Counted from the stretch's first letter, positions 28,797 to 38,302 are shown. The stretch is 64,000 nucleotides of DNA from an uncultured Burkholderiales bacterium (GCA_964548555.1 CAZJSY010000002.1:43568-107567), one strand, 5' to 3'. Notes: generated by a model not told the origin, from the sequence alone. Numbers and translations: made by a program.

Positions 28797-30067
28797 GCCT
28801 CTACGAGCGGGCACGCGCAGTGATCCCGGGTGGCGTGAGCTCTCCGGTCCGCTCGTTCGGCGCGGTCGGGGGGGAACCGTTCTTCGTCGCAGGAGGAAAC
28901 GGCGCCTATCTCGTCGCCACCGACGGCCGGAGATACCTCGACTACGTGCAGTCCTGGGGCGCGTCGATCCTCGGGCACGCACACCCTCAGGTCATCGAGG
29001 CGGTGCAACGCGCGGCCGAGGCCGGCACCTCCTACGGTGCGCCGACCGAGCGCGAGGTGCTCCTTGCCGAGACGATCTCGGAGCGCGTCCCATCCGTCGA
29101 GAAGGTGCGCTTGGTCTCGTCGGGCACCGAGGCTGCCATGACCGCCATCCGTCTCGCCCGTGGCGCGACCGGTCGCGACAAGATCGTGAAGTTCGCGGGC
29201 TGCTACCACGGTCATGTCGACGCGTTGCTCGTCGCCGCGGGCAGCGGTGTCGCAACGTTCGGCCTTCCCGGTTCGGCCGGTGTCACACCCGGCGCGGTCG
29301 CGGACACGCTCGTCGTGCCCTACAACGACGATGCTGCGCTCGATGCCGTCTTCGCGCAGCACGGTCCCGACATCGCGGCTGTGATCGTCGAACCGGTCGC
29401 CGCCAACATGGGTCTCGTTCCACCGGTCGAGGGATTCCTCCAGCGGCTGCGCCGGCGCTGCGATGCTCACAGTGCGCTGCTCGTGCTCGACGAGGTGATC
29501 ACCGGCTTCCGGGTCGGTCGCGGTGGCGCCCAGGCCTTGTACGGCGTCACGCCCGACCTGTCGATCTTCGGCAAGGTCATCGGTGGCGGCCTCCCGCTCG
29601 CCGCGGTCGGCGGCGCGGCCGCGCTGATGGACGAGCTGGCGCCGATTGGCTCGGTGTACCAAGCGGGCACGCTCTCGGGGAACCCGCTCGCGACCGCGGC
29701 GGGTCTCGCGGTGCTCGGGCTTCTCGACGACGAGCTGTACGCGTCCCTCGCGGACCGGGCTGCATTCCTCGCCGCCGGGCTCACCACCGTGCTCGGAGAG
29801 GCCGGCTTGGCGGTGCAGGTGCCGCGTGTCGCGACGTTGACCGGCTTGTTCTTCTCACCGACGCGGGTGCTCGACTACGAAGGAGCGCAGGGCGCCGACG
29901 TGAAGATGCACGCTGCGTTCTTCCACGCGCTGTTGCGCCGCGACGTCTTCTTCGCCCCGAGCGCATTCGAAGCACTGTTCGTGAGTGCGGCTCACGGCTG
30001 GCCCGAGCTCGAACGGACCGTCGAGCTGGCCGGCGACGCGGCCGCCGAGATCGTCAGCGGGAGTTAG
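28793..30067 (+). CDS. hemL: Glutamate-1-semialdehyde 2,1-aminomutase
   Basis: PGGVSSPVR, SGTEA, GCYHGH, GKVIGGG, YQAGTLSGNP. Confidence 0.96.
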   Translation: MSLYERARAVIPGGVSSPVRSFGAVGGEPFFVAGGNGAYLVATDGRRYLDYVQSWGASILGHAHPQVIEAVQRAAEAGTSYGAPTEREVLLAETISERVPSVEKVRLVSSGTEAAMTAIRLARGATGRDKIVKFAGCYHGHVDALLVAAGSGVATFGLPGSAGVTPGAVADTLVVPYNDDAALDAVFAQHGPDIAAVIVEPVAANMGLVPPVEGFLQRLRRRCDAHSALLVLDEVITGFRVGRGGAQALYGVTPDLSIFGKVIGGGLPLAAVGGAAALMDELAPIGSVYQAGTLSGNPLATAAGLAVLGLLDDELYASLADRAAFLAAGLTTVLGEAGLAVQVPRVATLTGLFFSPTRVLDYEGAQGADVKMHAAFFHALLRRDVFFAPSAFEALFVSAAHGWPELERTVELAGDAAAEIVSGS

Positions 30068-30279
30068 TTGCCGGTCCGCCGGCGGCGGATCCGGTCCATG
30101 AAGAACAACGCGGTTGCGATCGCGAAGACCATGATCGCGAGCGCGACGAACGCGAGACCGCCGCCGCCGTTGTCACCCCCGGCGTCGATGAGCTGTTGCG
30201 CCGACACCGGTCCGGCGAGCGTCAGCACCGCGAGCACCGAGACCGTGACGACATATCCGAGTCGACGGACGTTGATCAT
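30064..30279 (-). CDS. Small 2-helix membrane protein, last gene of Rieske/b operon
   Basis: Two hydrophobic segments and a basic tail; AAGG RBS. Confidence 0.65.
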   Translation of the reverse strand: MINVRRLGYVVTVSVLAVLTLAGPVSAQQLIDAGGDNGGGGLAFVALAIMVFAIATALFFMDRIRRRRTGN

Positions 30280-30291
30280 GCTCGTGCCTTC

Positions 30292-31143
30292 CTACACGTT
30301 CGCCGGTTGCGGTTCGGACGGCGCCGGCGTGCCCTTTGCAGCCCGCTCGGCAGCGGCGGCGGCTTCCTGTTCATCGCGTTCCCGCCAGTGCAGGCAGAGC
30401 AGCGAGAGGGTGAACAGGAGCGTCGAGCAGACGAGGACCACGAACGGCGGCACGCGCAGCGAGCCCAGGTCGCGCTCGAGGATGAGGAAGTTCACCGGCT
30501 GCGTGGGATCACAGGTGGGCGTCGGAGGTGCCGCGCCCTGTGCCTGCTTCACCTTCTGCGCCGGACACACCTGCACGGTCGCGTACTTGGGCTTGTGCGT
30601 GAACTGGAGCTTCCAGAACTGCGGCTTACTGCCCCCGATCTCATGGGTGTCGGACACCACGTATTCGGTCGACAGCTGGTACTTCGCGAACTTCGGTGTC
30701 GCCGGCTTCGGGAGATCGCCCTGCTGTTGCGGGACCACCAGCTCCGAGTCCACGGCGGCCTTGACGTTGGCCGCTTCCGCAGGGTCGACGGCCTTACCGT
30801 TGGCCGGCATCGCGCGCACCGCGGGGATCTTCGACTTGTCCAGGGAGTCGACCTGGTCGATGACCTTCCACGAGGGCACGCGCCCCTTCAACGTGTTGAG
30901 CGGTGACGCGGTGGTGAGCCACATCGCCGAGAGCAGCACCATGAATCCGCTCAACGCGGCGGCCGCCACCAGGAAACCGAGCCGCCCACCCAGGTTGGTT
31001 GCAAGGAGCAGGTAGGCCGACCCGCAGAACAGTCCGATGCCGGCGATGACGACGAGCCAGCCGAGGATCGTGGGATACCAGAGCGTGGGGTGCGGGATCC
31101 CCTCGCTGGCCCCGAGCAGTGTGCCGAGTGGTGTGATCAGCAT
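30292..31143 (-). CDS. Membrane protein of unknown function in Rieske/b operon
   Basis: 3 TM segments plus an external domain; strongly biased codon usage. Confidence 0.75.
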   Translation of the reverse strand: MLITPLGTLLGASEGIPHPTLWYPTILGWLVVIAGIGLFCGSAYLLLATNLGGRLGFLVAAAALSGFMVLLSAMWLTTASPLNTLKGRVPSWKVIDQVDSLDKSKIPAVRAMPANGKAVDPAEAANVKAAVDSELVVPQQQGDLPKPATPKFAKYQLSTEYVVSDTHEIGGSKPQFWKLQFTHKPKYATVQVCPAQKVKQAQGAAPPTPTCDPTQPVNFLILERDLGSLRVPPFVVLVCSTLLFTLSLLCLHWRERDEQEAAAAAERAAKGTPAPSEPQPANV

Positions 31144-31164
31144 GTCGACGTTGACTCCTCCGGC

Positions 31165-32442
31165 CTACAGGCTGCGCTCGTAGGCGACGATCGCGTCGAT
31201 CTGTTCCTTGGTCAGCAGCGTGCCGAAGTGCGGCATGCGGCCCGACGAGATGCCCCGCACGCCGTACTGCTTGTTCGGATCGGCGCCGTTCGCCACCCAG
31301 TCGTACTGCTGGGCGACTCCGGTGTCACCCGGGAACTGGCGAGTCGTGTCGCCGTTGGTGAGGTTCGGACCGAACGCTCCACTGCCTTGCTGTGCCGGCA
31401 ACGGCACGTTGCCCTTCGTCGGGTCGAAGTACGACCACGCCTTGGTGTGGCAGCGCGCGCAGTTGGTCTGGAACAGGAGCTGGCCATACGCGACCTGCGC
31501 GGCGCCCGGCTGCGTCGGGTCGCCTGCCTTCCACGTGTTCACCAGCTGCTGAACCTGGCTCGCGTAGGACTGCGAGTTCTTCACCGCAGCCTGCGCGTTG
31601 AGGATGTCTTCCCGATCGATCTGAACGTTGGTCTGATAGCCCTTGTTGTCGGGGAACTGCGCCGCCAGCATCTGGTCCTTCGTGAGGGTCTGCTGCGCCG
31701 TGGCGAGGTTCTCCTGCGCGGTCGCGACGTTGCCTTTCTTGCCGTTCCCACCGATCGCGGTGTCGATCAGGTCCTGGAGCGCCTTGTCCTCCTCCGCCTT
31801 CGCCTTCGCGGGCGAGAGCTGAATCGTGCCGAGATAGGCCACGAGGTCGTTGATGCTCTGTTCGTTCTTCGGTCCACCGCCGGGGACGCCCCATGCGGGC
31901 ATCGGCGTACCGGGACGGCCGTAGGTGACGATCTGATTCACCTGTGCGGGGGAGAAGCGCGACAGCACGGTGTTGAGCGCCGGCGCGCGCCACGTCACGG
32001 TGAGGGGGAGGGAGCTGCCGCTGTCCGGCGGCTTGATCACGTAGGACGTGGAACCGCCGCTGCCGTCGGTGCCGTGGCAGTTCGCGCAGCGCAACGACTT
32101 GGTCGAGTCGTATGCCTTCATGCTCTCGTTCGCGAAGAGCGTCGCGCCGCGCTTCGCGGCCTGGTTGTCGAACTGGGCGACCATGTCCTTCTCGCGAGTG
32201 GGCTCCCAGAGCCAGTAGACGGGAAGCGCGGCCGCGACGATGACGGAGCACCACAGCGCCCACAGGAGCACGCGCTCGAGCTTGCGGCCCTCGAGCTCCT
32301 CGTCGGTCATGAACGGCCGCAGGTTCTGCGGCTGCTTCGCTTCGGGGTTCCTGCGCACCGACAGCACCCGGTAGCCGACGATGCCGATGATGACGACGAA
32401 GGCCAGGATGTTGATGATGATCAGGCCGGTACGGACGGTCAT
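31165..32442 (-). CDS. Membrane-anchored di-heme cytochrome c
   Basis: CANCH and CARCH; distal Met motifs PMPAW and RMPHF. Confidence 0.9.
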   Translation of the reverse strand: MTVRTGLIIINILAFVVIIGIVGYRVLSVRRNPEAKQPQNLRPFMTDEELEGRKLERVLLWALWCSVIVAAALPVYWLWEPTREKDMVAQFDNQAAKRGATLFANESMKAYDSTKSLRCANCHGTDGSGGSTSYVIKPPDSGSSLPLTVTWRAPALNTVLSRFSPAQVNQIVTYGRPGTPMPAWGVPGGGPKNEQSINDLVAYLGTIQLSPAKAKAEEDKALQDLIDTAIGGNGKKGNVATAQENLATAQQTLTKDQMLAAQFPDNKGYQTNVQIDREDILNAQAAVKNSQSYASQVQQLVNTWKAGDPTQPGAAQVAYGQLLFQTNCARCHTKAWSYFDPTKGNVPLPAQQGSGAFGPNLTNGDTTRQFPGDTGVAQQYDWVANGADPNKQYGVRGISSGRMPHFGTLLTKEQIDAIVAYERSL

Positions 32443-32493
32443 CGCGTTTGCCTACAGGTCTGGGTCACGGACGCTCTCGTGCTCGTGGGCTGA

Positions 32494-33354
32494 CTAACCG
32501 ACACAGGGCGGTCCCTCGGCCCCCTGGCCGGTGGTGTCGGTTCCGATAGGTGGGCCCAGAACGATCAGACCGGTGTCGATCGTGACGTCCTGGCCGCTGA
32601 TGTACACCGCGAAGCGGTCGAGCCCACGCGGCGCCGGCCCACCCTTCTTCTCTCCCACCCGGCTGTACTTCGAGCCGTGGCAGGGGCACTCGAACCACTG
32701 CGATGTATCGCACCACGGCACTCGGCAGCCGAGGTGCACACACTTCTGGTACAGGGCGACGATGCCCTTCTCCATGCCGGCGTACACGGTGGGCGCGTAC
32801 ACGGTCTTCGCCTTGGGGAGGTCGACCTTCGGGTAGGGCACCACGTAGGCGCGCGCCTCGGGGATGTAGAAGGGCTGCTTCTTATCCGTGTTGTAGGACA
32901 GCATGTCGTTGAGCGACGTGCCAGCCGCGACCTTGCCGCCGAAGCCGCCGGAGCTGCTCGGCCAGAGAAAGGCCAGCAGGCTGGCGCCGAACCCTCCGGC
33001 CGCGAGCGCGAGCGATGCGAGGATCCCGCGGTTGAAGAACTGACGGCGGGACAACCCGAGCTCTTCCTCGTCGACGGGCGTGCGTTCGGCCGGTGCGCGA
33101 GCGCCGCGGGCCGCAGGCACCGTCGAACCGGATCCGATGGCCCGGCGTGACTCGTCGGCCCGACGCCGGCCCTCTTCCTCGTCGGCCTGGGCAGCAGCCG
33201 GCGCCTCGTCGGCGATCATCACGTCGCTGCGGTCGCGAGCGCGGGTCTCGTGGCTGAGCGAACCGGTCACGGAGCGCCGACGGCCCGTGGCCACGATCGC
33301 GACGACGGCCGCGGCGAGGATGATCGGGACAGCGATGACGAGGACTACCGACAC
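32494..33354 (-). CDS. Rieske [2Fe-2S] subunit
   Basis: CVHLGC, CPCHGS, GPAPR; Tat motif SRRQFF. Confidence 0.93.
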   Translation of the reverse strand: MSVVLVIAVPIILAAAVVAIVATGRRRSVTGSLSHETRARDRSDVMIADEAPAAAQADEEEGRRRADESRRAIGSGSTVPAARGARAPAERTPVDEEELGLSRRQFFNRGILASLALAAGGFGASLLAFLWPSSSGGFGGKVAAGTSLNDMLSYNTDKKQPFYIPEARAYVVPYPKVDLPKAKTVYAPTVYAGMEKGIVALYQKCVHLGCRVPWCDTSQWFECPCHGSKYSRVGEKKGGPAPRGLDRFAVYISGQDVTIDTGLIVLGPPIGTDTTGQGAEGPPCVG

Positions 33355-33366
33355 GGACGTGTGCTC

Positions 33367-34242
33367 CTAGAGATCGAAGAAGATCCCGTCGTTCCAAGGC
33401 AGGGCGAAGTTGAAGCCCTTGGCCCGGAAGAACGAACCGATGATGACGAGCACCGCCCAGAACATCAGAAAGATCGTGAAGAGCGCGATCGCGAACTTCC
33501 GGTCGTTCGGGTGCTGCGAAGGGTTCTTGTCGACGTACGGAGCGACCATGAGCAGGAAGATGCCCATGCCCGGGATGGTCACGCCCGCGACCATCGGGTG
33601 GAACATGGTGAGCAGCTCCTGCAACCCGAGGAAGTACCAGGGTGCCTTCGAGGGGTTGGGCGTCTGGTTGAAGTCGGCGAGCCCCTGCAACGGTGCGCGC
33701 ACCAGCGCGGAGAAGATGACCAACGCCGCGGTGACCGTGAGGACCGCGGCGAACTCGATCACGAGCAGGTGCGGCCAGGTGTGCACCTTGTCCTGCGCTT
33801 CGGCACGCGTCTGCTGGATCGAACCGGACTTGACGACCGTGAGGAGCCGCTGCGTGTGGCCGCCGGGACCGGTCGACGTGGGTGCAGCTGCGGGACGCGT
33901 GGCCGTCGCGGTTCCGGCGCGAGCGGTTGCACCACCGGCGGCACCCGCCGCGGCCGCTGCGGGCTGCGCCGCGCCGCCGTCGCCGGACAGCGCCGCCTTG
34001 CGCCGCCGTGAGCGCTCCAACAGGTGCGCCGGGACGCCGCCCTTGCTCTCGGTGACCTCTTCGCCGTCTCCGGCCGATGCCGCCGCGGGTGCGGCTTCCT
34101 CGGGGGCGGGCGACTCGGCCGGCGCTTCTGCGGCGGGCGCCTCCTCCGCTGGCGCTTCCGCGTCTTCACCCTTGGCAGGAAGACCGAGTGCCTTGCGTCG
34201 CTCGGCGCTGCGGCGGAGGAGATGTTCGGGGATGTCGGGCAT
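33367..34242 (-). CDS. Cytochrome b C-terminal (subunit IV/PetD-like)
   Basis: WPHLL..E, TPNP.KAPWYF, 3 TM. Confidence 0.88.
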   Translation of the reverse strand: MPDIPEHLLRRSAERRKALGLPAKGEDAEAPAEEAPAAEAPAESPAPEEAAPAAASAGDGEEVTESKGGVPAHLLERSRRRKAALSGDGGAAQPAAAAAGAAGGATARAGTATATRPAAAPTSTGPGGHTQRLLTVVKSGSIQQTRAEAQDKVHTWPHLLVIEFAAVLTVTAALVIFSALVRAPLQGLADFNQTPNPSKAPWYFLGLQELLTMFHPMVAGVTIPGMGIFLLMVAPYVDKNPSQHPNDRKFAIALFTIFLMFWAVLVIIGSFFRAKGFNFALPWNDGIFFDL

Positions 34243-34260
34243 CGCTCGTTCCTCTCCGGC

Positions 34261-35067
34261 CTACAGCGGACCCGAGATCCCGCCGTCCTTGCGGACGCGC
34301 CAGAAATGGACCGCCATGAAGATCACGATGACGAACGGTAAGAGCAAGACGTGCAGTACGTACCATCGCAGCAGCGTGTCGCCGCTGATCTCCTTGGAAC
34401 CGAGGAGGACGTACCGCACCGACGAGCCGAACACGGGTGTGTATCCCATCATGTTCGTGCCGACCGTCACGGCCCACAGCGCCAGCTGGTCCCACGGGAG
34501 CAGGTAACCCGTGAACGACAGCAGCAGCGTGAGGGTCAGCAGGATGACACCGATCACCCAGTTGAACTCGCGCGGCGCCTTGTACGCGCCGTGATAGAAG
34601 ACGCGGCTCATGTGCAGGAACACCGACAGCACCATCAGGTGCGCGGCCCAGCGGTGCATGTTCCGCACGAGCGATCCGAAGTAGACCGCGGTCTCGAGCG
34701 TCTTCACGTCGTTCCACGCCGACGCCGCGGTCGGTCGGTAGAAGAACATCAGGAAAATGCCTGTGACGGTCAGCAGGATGAACAGGAAGAACGACAGACC
34801 GCCGAGGCAGAGGGTGTACGACACCTTTACCGCGTGCCTCTTCACCTTCACTGGGTGAAGGTGGTACAGCACGTTGTTCATGATCACGTACGACCGGTTC
34901 CTGGGGCTGTCGGTGTAGCCCTTCCGGAATACCGAGCCCGGTCGGAAGATCGACGTCATCACCTGCGAGCCCGCGAGCTTGTCTCCCCTCTCGCGCGCAC
35001 GCGAGAGCAGACGCGCGCCGGGGCCTCCGTGCCCGTTGCTGCCGTTGGTGCCGTTGCCGTTGGCCAC
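34261..35067 (-). CDS. Cytochrome b6-like N-terminal subunit
   Basis: CLGG, RNMHRWAAH, LHMSR, GYLLPWDQ, YVLH..HF; only 4 TM. Confidence 0.92.
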   Translation of the reverse strand: MANGNGTNGSNGHGGPGARLLSRARERGDKLAGSQVMTSIFRPGSVFRKGYTDSPRNRSYVIMNNVLYHLHPVKVKRHAVKVSYTLCLGGLSFFLFILLTVTGIFLMFFYRPTAASAWNDVKTLETAVYFGSLVRNMHRWAAHLMVLSVFLHMSRVFYHGAYKAPREFNWVIGVILLTLTLLLSFTGYLLPWDQLALWAVTVGTNMMGYTPVFGSSVRYVLLGSKEISGDTLLRWYVLHVLLLPFVIVIFMAVHFWRVRKDGGISGPL

Positions 35068-35122
35068 GAACGATCTCCTCGTGCTTGTTACGTAGCCGTG
35101 CGATGGTTGGCCGACATGACGC

Positions 35123-35536
35123 TCAGAATCTCACGCCGTAGGCGTAGCCGTGGCGGTTGGTGCGGGTGTGGGGATCGCCGTCGGCGGGGTTGGTTGCGAT
35201 CTTGCCGAGGATGATGACCCCGGTGGGGCAACGGTCGACGCACAGGGCGCAGCGGGTGCAGACGTCTTCGTCGACGATGAACGCGACGTGGTCGCGGGGG
35301 TCTTCGCCGGGGCGTTCGGTGTTGGCGGCGTCGGCGATGGCGTCGACGGAGACCATGTGGATGCATTTCCAGGGGCAGATGTCGACGCAGCCTTCGCACA
35401 GGATGCATTCGGCTTGGTCGATGTGGAGGAACTGCTTGGGTTTGACCGCGCCGGTGAGGTAGGTCGGGTCGACCTCGTGCAGTTCGTAGTCGGTGGCGAA
35501 GTCCGGCATCGGCGGATTCGCATCAGTCCGCGCCAT
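35123..35536 (-). CDS. 2x[4Fe-4S] ferredoxin
   Basis: [12 protein letters not shown] and [12 protein letters not shown]. Confidence 0.9.
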   Translation of the reverse strand: MARTDANPPMPDFATDYELHEVDPTYLTGAVKPKQFLHIDQAECILCEGCVDICPWKCIHMVSVDAIADAANTERPGEDPRDHVAFIVDEDVCTRCALCVDRCPTGVIILGKIATNPADGDPHTRTNRHGYAYGVRF

Positions 35537-35587
35537 ACCTGTACGAGTTTATTCGGTCGTGGCCGCGAAAATTTCCGATCGCGCGGA

Positions 35588-35947
35588 TCAGCGCCGGCGG
35601 GTGCGACGCTCGGGGCGCTCGAGCTGCGCCCGCAAGCGTTCGAGACGGGCGTCCCAGCCGCCGCCCACGTCCGTGATCCACGACACCGCGTCCTCGAGCG
35701 GCTCGACGCGCACGCGGAATCGGACCTCCCGGCCGGATCGCTCGGCCTCCACCAGACCGGCGTCGGCCAGCAGCTGGAGATGCTTCACGACCGCCTGGCG
35801 GCTCACGGGCAACGGCGCCGCGAGCTCCGTTGCCGTCGCGGACTGGCGGCGGGCGAGCTCGTCGAGCAGTGAACGCCGGGTGGGATCCGCGAGCGCGGCG
35901 AAGACGGGCCCTGCGCTCGCGCGCGCGCCGCGTCTCGATCCGGTCAT
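35588..35947 (-). CDS. ArsR/SmtB-family regulator
   Basis: [23 protein letters not shown]. Confidence 0.9.
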   Translation of the reverse strand: MTGSRRGARASAGPVFAALADPTRRSLLDELARRQSATATELAAPLPVSRQAVVKHLQLLADAGLVEAERSGREVRFRVRVEPLEDAVSWITDVGGGWDARLERLRAQLERPERRTRRR

Positions 35948-35959
35948 GTCCGGGCGACT

Positions 35960-36415
35960 TCAGGCAACGGCGGCCGGCCTCCTCGCAGAGGCCTGCCAAC
36001 CGCGCCGCGGGCCCGACGGGGCACGCTGGATGCGCAACACGGGGCCGCCCGGGGATCCGGACACGCTCGGGGACGTCACTCGCTCCTCGACGGTGACCAC
36101 GGTCGCGTCCCTGTCGGGCTCGATGGCGATCGTCACACGGCTGCGAGGATGCGTTGCGCCCGGCCGCGGCGCGCACCGCTGCATCGGCCACCACGAGAAC
36201 ACGATCCGCCGGCCGGCATCGACCTCTTCCACCACGGCCAGGCGCACCTCGCCGTCGTCGGTCACGAACCGGCCGGTGCCGCCGGGTCGCACGGCGAGAC
36301 GGGCCTCGCCACCGAACCAGCTCGACAACAGACCGGGATCCGCGAGCGCGTTCCACACGTCGTCCGGGGTGGCATGGATGACGACGGACCGGTTGACGCA
36401 GGGCGACTCCGACAT
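35960..36415 (-). CDS. SRPBCC/AHA1-domain protein
   Basis: A.PDDVW.AL.DP..L..W, RPGG.G.F, I.FSW. Confidence 0.8.
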   Translation of the reverse strand: MSESPCVNRSVVIHATPDDVWNALADPGLLSSWFGGEARLAVRPGGTGRFVTDDGEVRLAVVEEVDAGRRIVFSWWPMQRCAPRPGATHPRSRVTIAIEPDRDATVVTVEERVTSPSVSGSPGGPVLRIQRAPSGPRRGWQASARRPAAVA

Positions 36416-36444
36416 GGCGACTCCGATCGTCGGGAGGCGTGATC

Positions 36445-36503
36445 GCAACCAGATGGTTGCACATCGGGAGCCGATGCCGCTAATGTGCAACCGAATGGTT
36501 GCA
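36445..36503. promoter_or_regulatory. Twin palindromic operators GCAACC-N4-GGTTGC
   Basis: 36445-36460 GCAACCAGATGGTTGC and 36486-36503 TGCAACCGAATGGTTGCA. Confidence 0.8.
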
Positions 36504-36521
36504 GATAGCTCGGAGGTGACG

Positions 36522-37163
36522 ATGGCGCAGTTGCTCGTGCCCACGGTCATCGAGCAGAGCGCTCGAGGTGAGCGCGCGTTCGACATCTACTCACGGCTGC
36601 TGAAGGAACGCATCGTGTTCCTGGGTACGGAGATCGACGCCGACAGCGCCAATCTCGTCGTCGCGCAGCTGCTACACCTGGAATCGGAGAATCCCGAGCG
36701 CGACATCCAGCTCTACGTCAACAGCCCGGGCGGCGAGATGACGGCGCTGTTCGCGTTGTACGACACGATGTGCCACATCCGACCCGACGTCGCGACCACG
36801 TGTGTAGGTCAAGCCGCGTCCGCGGCCGCTGTGTTGCTCGCGGCAGGTGCGCGCGGCAAGCGTGCCGTGCTCCCGAACGCCCGCGTGCTCATCCATCAGC
36901 CGCACGGAGGCGTACAGGGGCAGTCGACCGACATCGAGATCGCCGCGCGCGAAGTTGCCGCACAACGCGGCGCGATGGTCGATGCCCTCGTGCGGCACAC
37001 GGGGCAGACGCGCGATCGGATCGAGCGCGACATCGACCGCGACTTCATCCTGCGTGGTGGTGACGCGGTGGCGTACGGCATCGTGGACCACGTGCTCGAC
37101 CGGGTCGGCTTCGCCATGGCCGGGGGGCCCCGCACCAACGGATCAGGACCGAACACCGGTTGA
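36522..37163 (+). CDS. clpP: Clp protease proteolytic subunit (stand-alone paralog)
   Basis: [23 protein letters not shown] (Ser), IHQP (His), DRD (Asp); GGAGG RBS. Confidence 0.93.
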   Translation: MAQLLVPTVIEQSARGERAFDIYSRLLKERIVFLGTEIDADSANLVVAQLLHLESENPERDIQLYVNSPGGEMTALFALYDTMCHIRPDVATTCVGQAASAAAVLLAAGARGKRAVLPNARVLIHQPHGGVQGQSTDIEIAAREVAAQRGAMVDALVRHTGQTRDRIERDIDRDFILRGGDAVAYGIVDHVLDRVGFAMAGGPRTNGSGPNTG

Positions 37164-37196
37164 CCTCTTCCGCGGTGTGCGCCCGACGGATGTTGA

Positions 37197-38183
37197 TCAG
37201 TGCAGGATCGGTCCGGTGTCGACGGCCTCGAATGCCGAACCGGGAACGCTCTTGAGCGCGCCGAGATCGTTGTCGTCCCAGCGTGCGTCGGCCGCGCCGG
37301 TGATGTACCAGTTCGATCCGTTGTCGGCGACGATCATCCCGTAGCGCTTGAGGGCGTCGAGGACGACGCGTGCTTGACCGCGGAACGGCGTGGTGTCGAA
37401 GCTCGCCTTGAGCCGCAAACGAAGCCCCATCGGCGGAAGGCTCGGGTCGGTCGAGGCGGACGCGAAGTGCGTCGCCGGATGGATGAAGCCGCGTTGGGTC
37501 CGCGCGACGGTGAACCGGAGCGCGTGGCGTATGGCGCCGCTTGCCACCTCGTCGTATCGGACGAGTCCGGGCAGGATCGGCAGCCCTGCCGCGTCGGCCG
37601 AGGTCCAATGGTCGGGTCGGAGCCGGTTCGAGCGGAGGTCGAAGACCGCCCCCGAGCCCGCGTCCCAATGGTCCGACCGGGGAAACGCGCGGTACATCTC
37701 GTAGAGCACACAGTGGTCCGTGTCGACCGCGAGGACGTGACGGTCTCCGTCGCTTGCCGCGCCCCCTTCGACCGGCGCCGAGAGCGCAACGGGATACGGC
37801 CCCGGATCGCTCTCGTCGCCGTACGCGGTGAAGTCGACGGGCACCGGCGGCTGCGACGCGACGGTCACGTACGGGATGCCGTAGGCACCTCCGCCGCCGA
37901 AGTCCGGATGGAGATGGCCGCCGGCGCCGATGCTCGCGACGTAAGACGCCGACCCGGCGGCAACCGGCAGCGTCGACACGTCCTGGTTCCACGGGTTGTC
38001 GGCGGGGAGCACGGGACAAGTGCCGAGCGAACCGCTCTGGACCATCGACGCGCCCGCGCCCGGCGGTGCGGGAGACGGTCCCGGCGCAGTGCACGCCGCC
38101 GCGACCACGATCGAGGCGACCAGCGCGAGCAACAGCGGGGTTGTTCCCGCACCGCGGACGGCGTCGCCGCGATCGATGGACAT
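37197..38183 (-). CDS. Secreted lipoprotein of unknown function
   Basis: Lipobox AAA|C; DNPWN, GDRH, WTSADAAGLP, I.HALRF, K.YG.IVADNG. Confidence 0.8.
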   Translation of the reverse strand: MSIDRGDAVRGAGTTPLLLALVASIVVAAACTAPGPSPAPPGAGASMVQSGSLGTCPVLPADNPWNQDVSTLPVAAGSASYVASIGAGGHLHPDFGGGGAYGIPYVTVASQPPVPVDFTAYGDESDPGPYPVALSAPVEGGAASDGDRHVLAVDTDHCVLYEMYRAFPRSDHWDAGSGAVFDLRSNRLRPDHWTSADAAGLPILPGLVRYDEVASGAIRHALRFTVARTQRGFIHPATHFASASTDPSLPPMGLRLRLKASFDTTPFRGQARVVLDALKRYGMIVADNGSNWYITGAADARWDDNDLGALKSVPGSAFEAVDTGPILH

Positions 38184-38223
38184 TGATCACTCCGGTGTCG
38201 CGTCGGTGCCGCGCCCAATCGGG

Positions 38224-38252
38224 TTATCGGCAGGTGAACAGGGCGCGCTTGA
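38224..38252 (-). promoter_or_regulatory. sigma28/WhiG-like promoter
   Basis: TCAAG-N16-GCCGATAA (consensus sigma28 -10), 40 nt upstream of the lipoprotein start. Confidence 0.6.
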
Positions 38253-38302
38253 CCCGGGGGGCGGCGGCCGGGCGATGCCGGGGGCCGCCTACAGTGGTCC
38301 TC

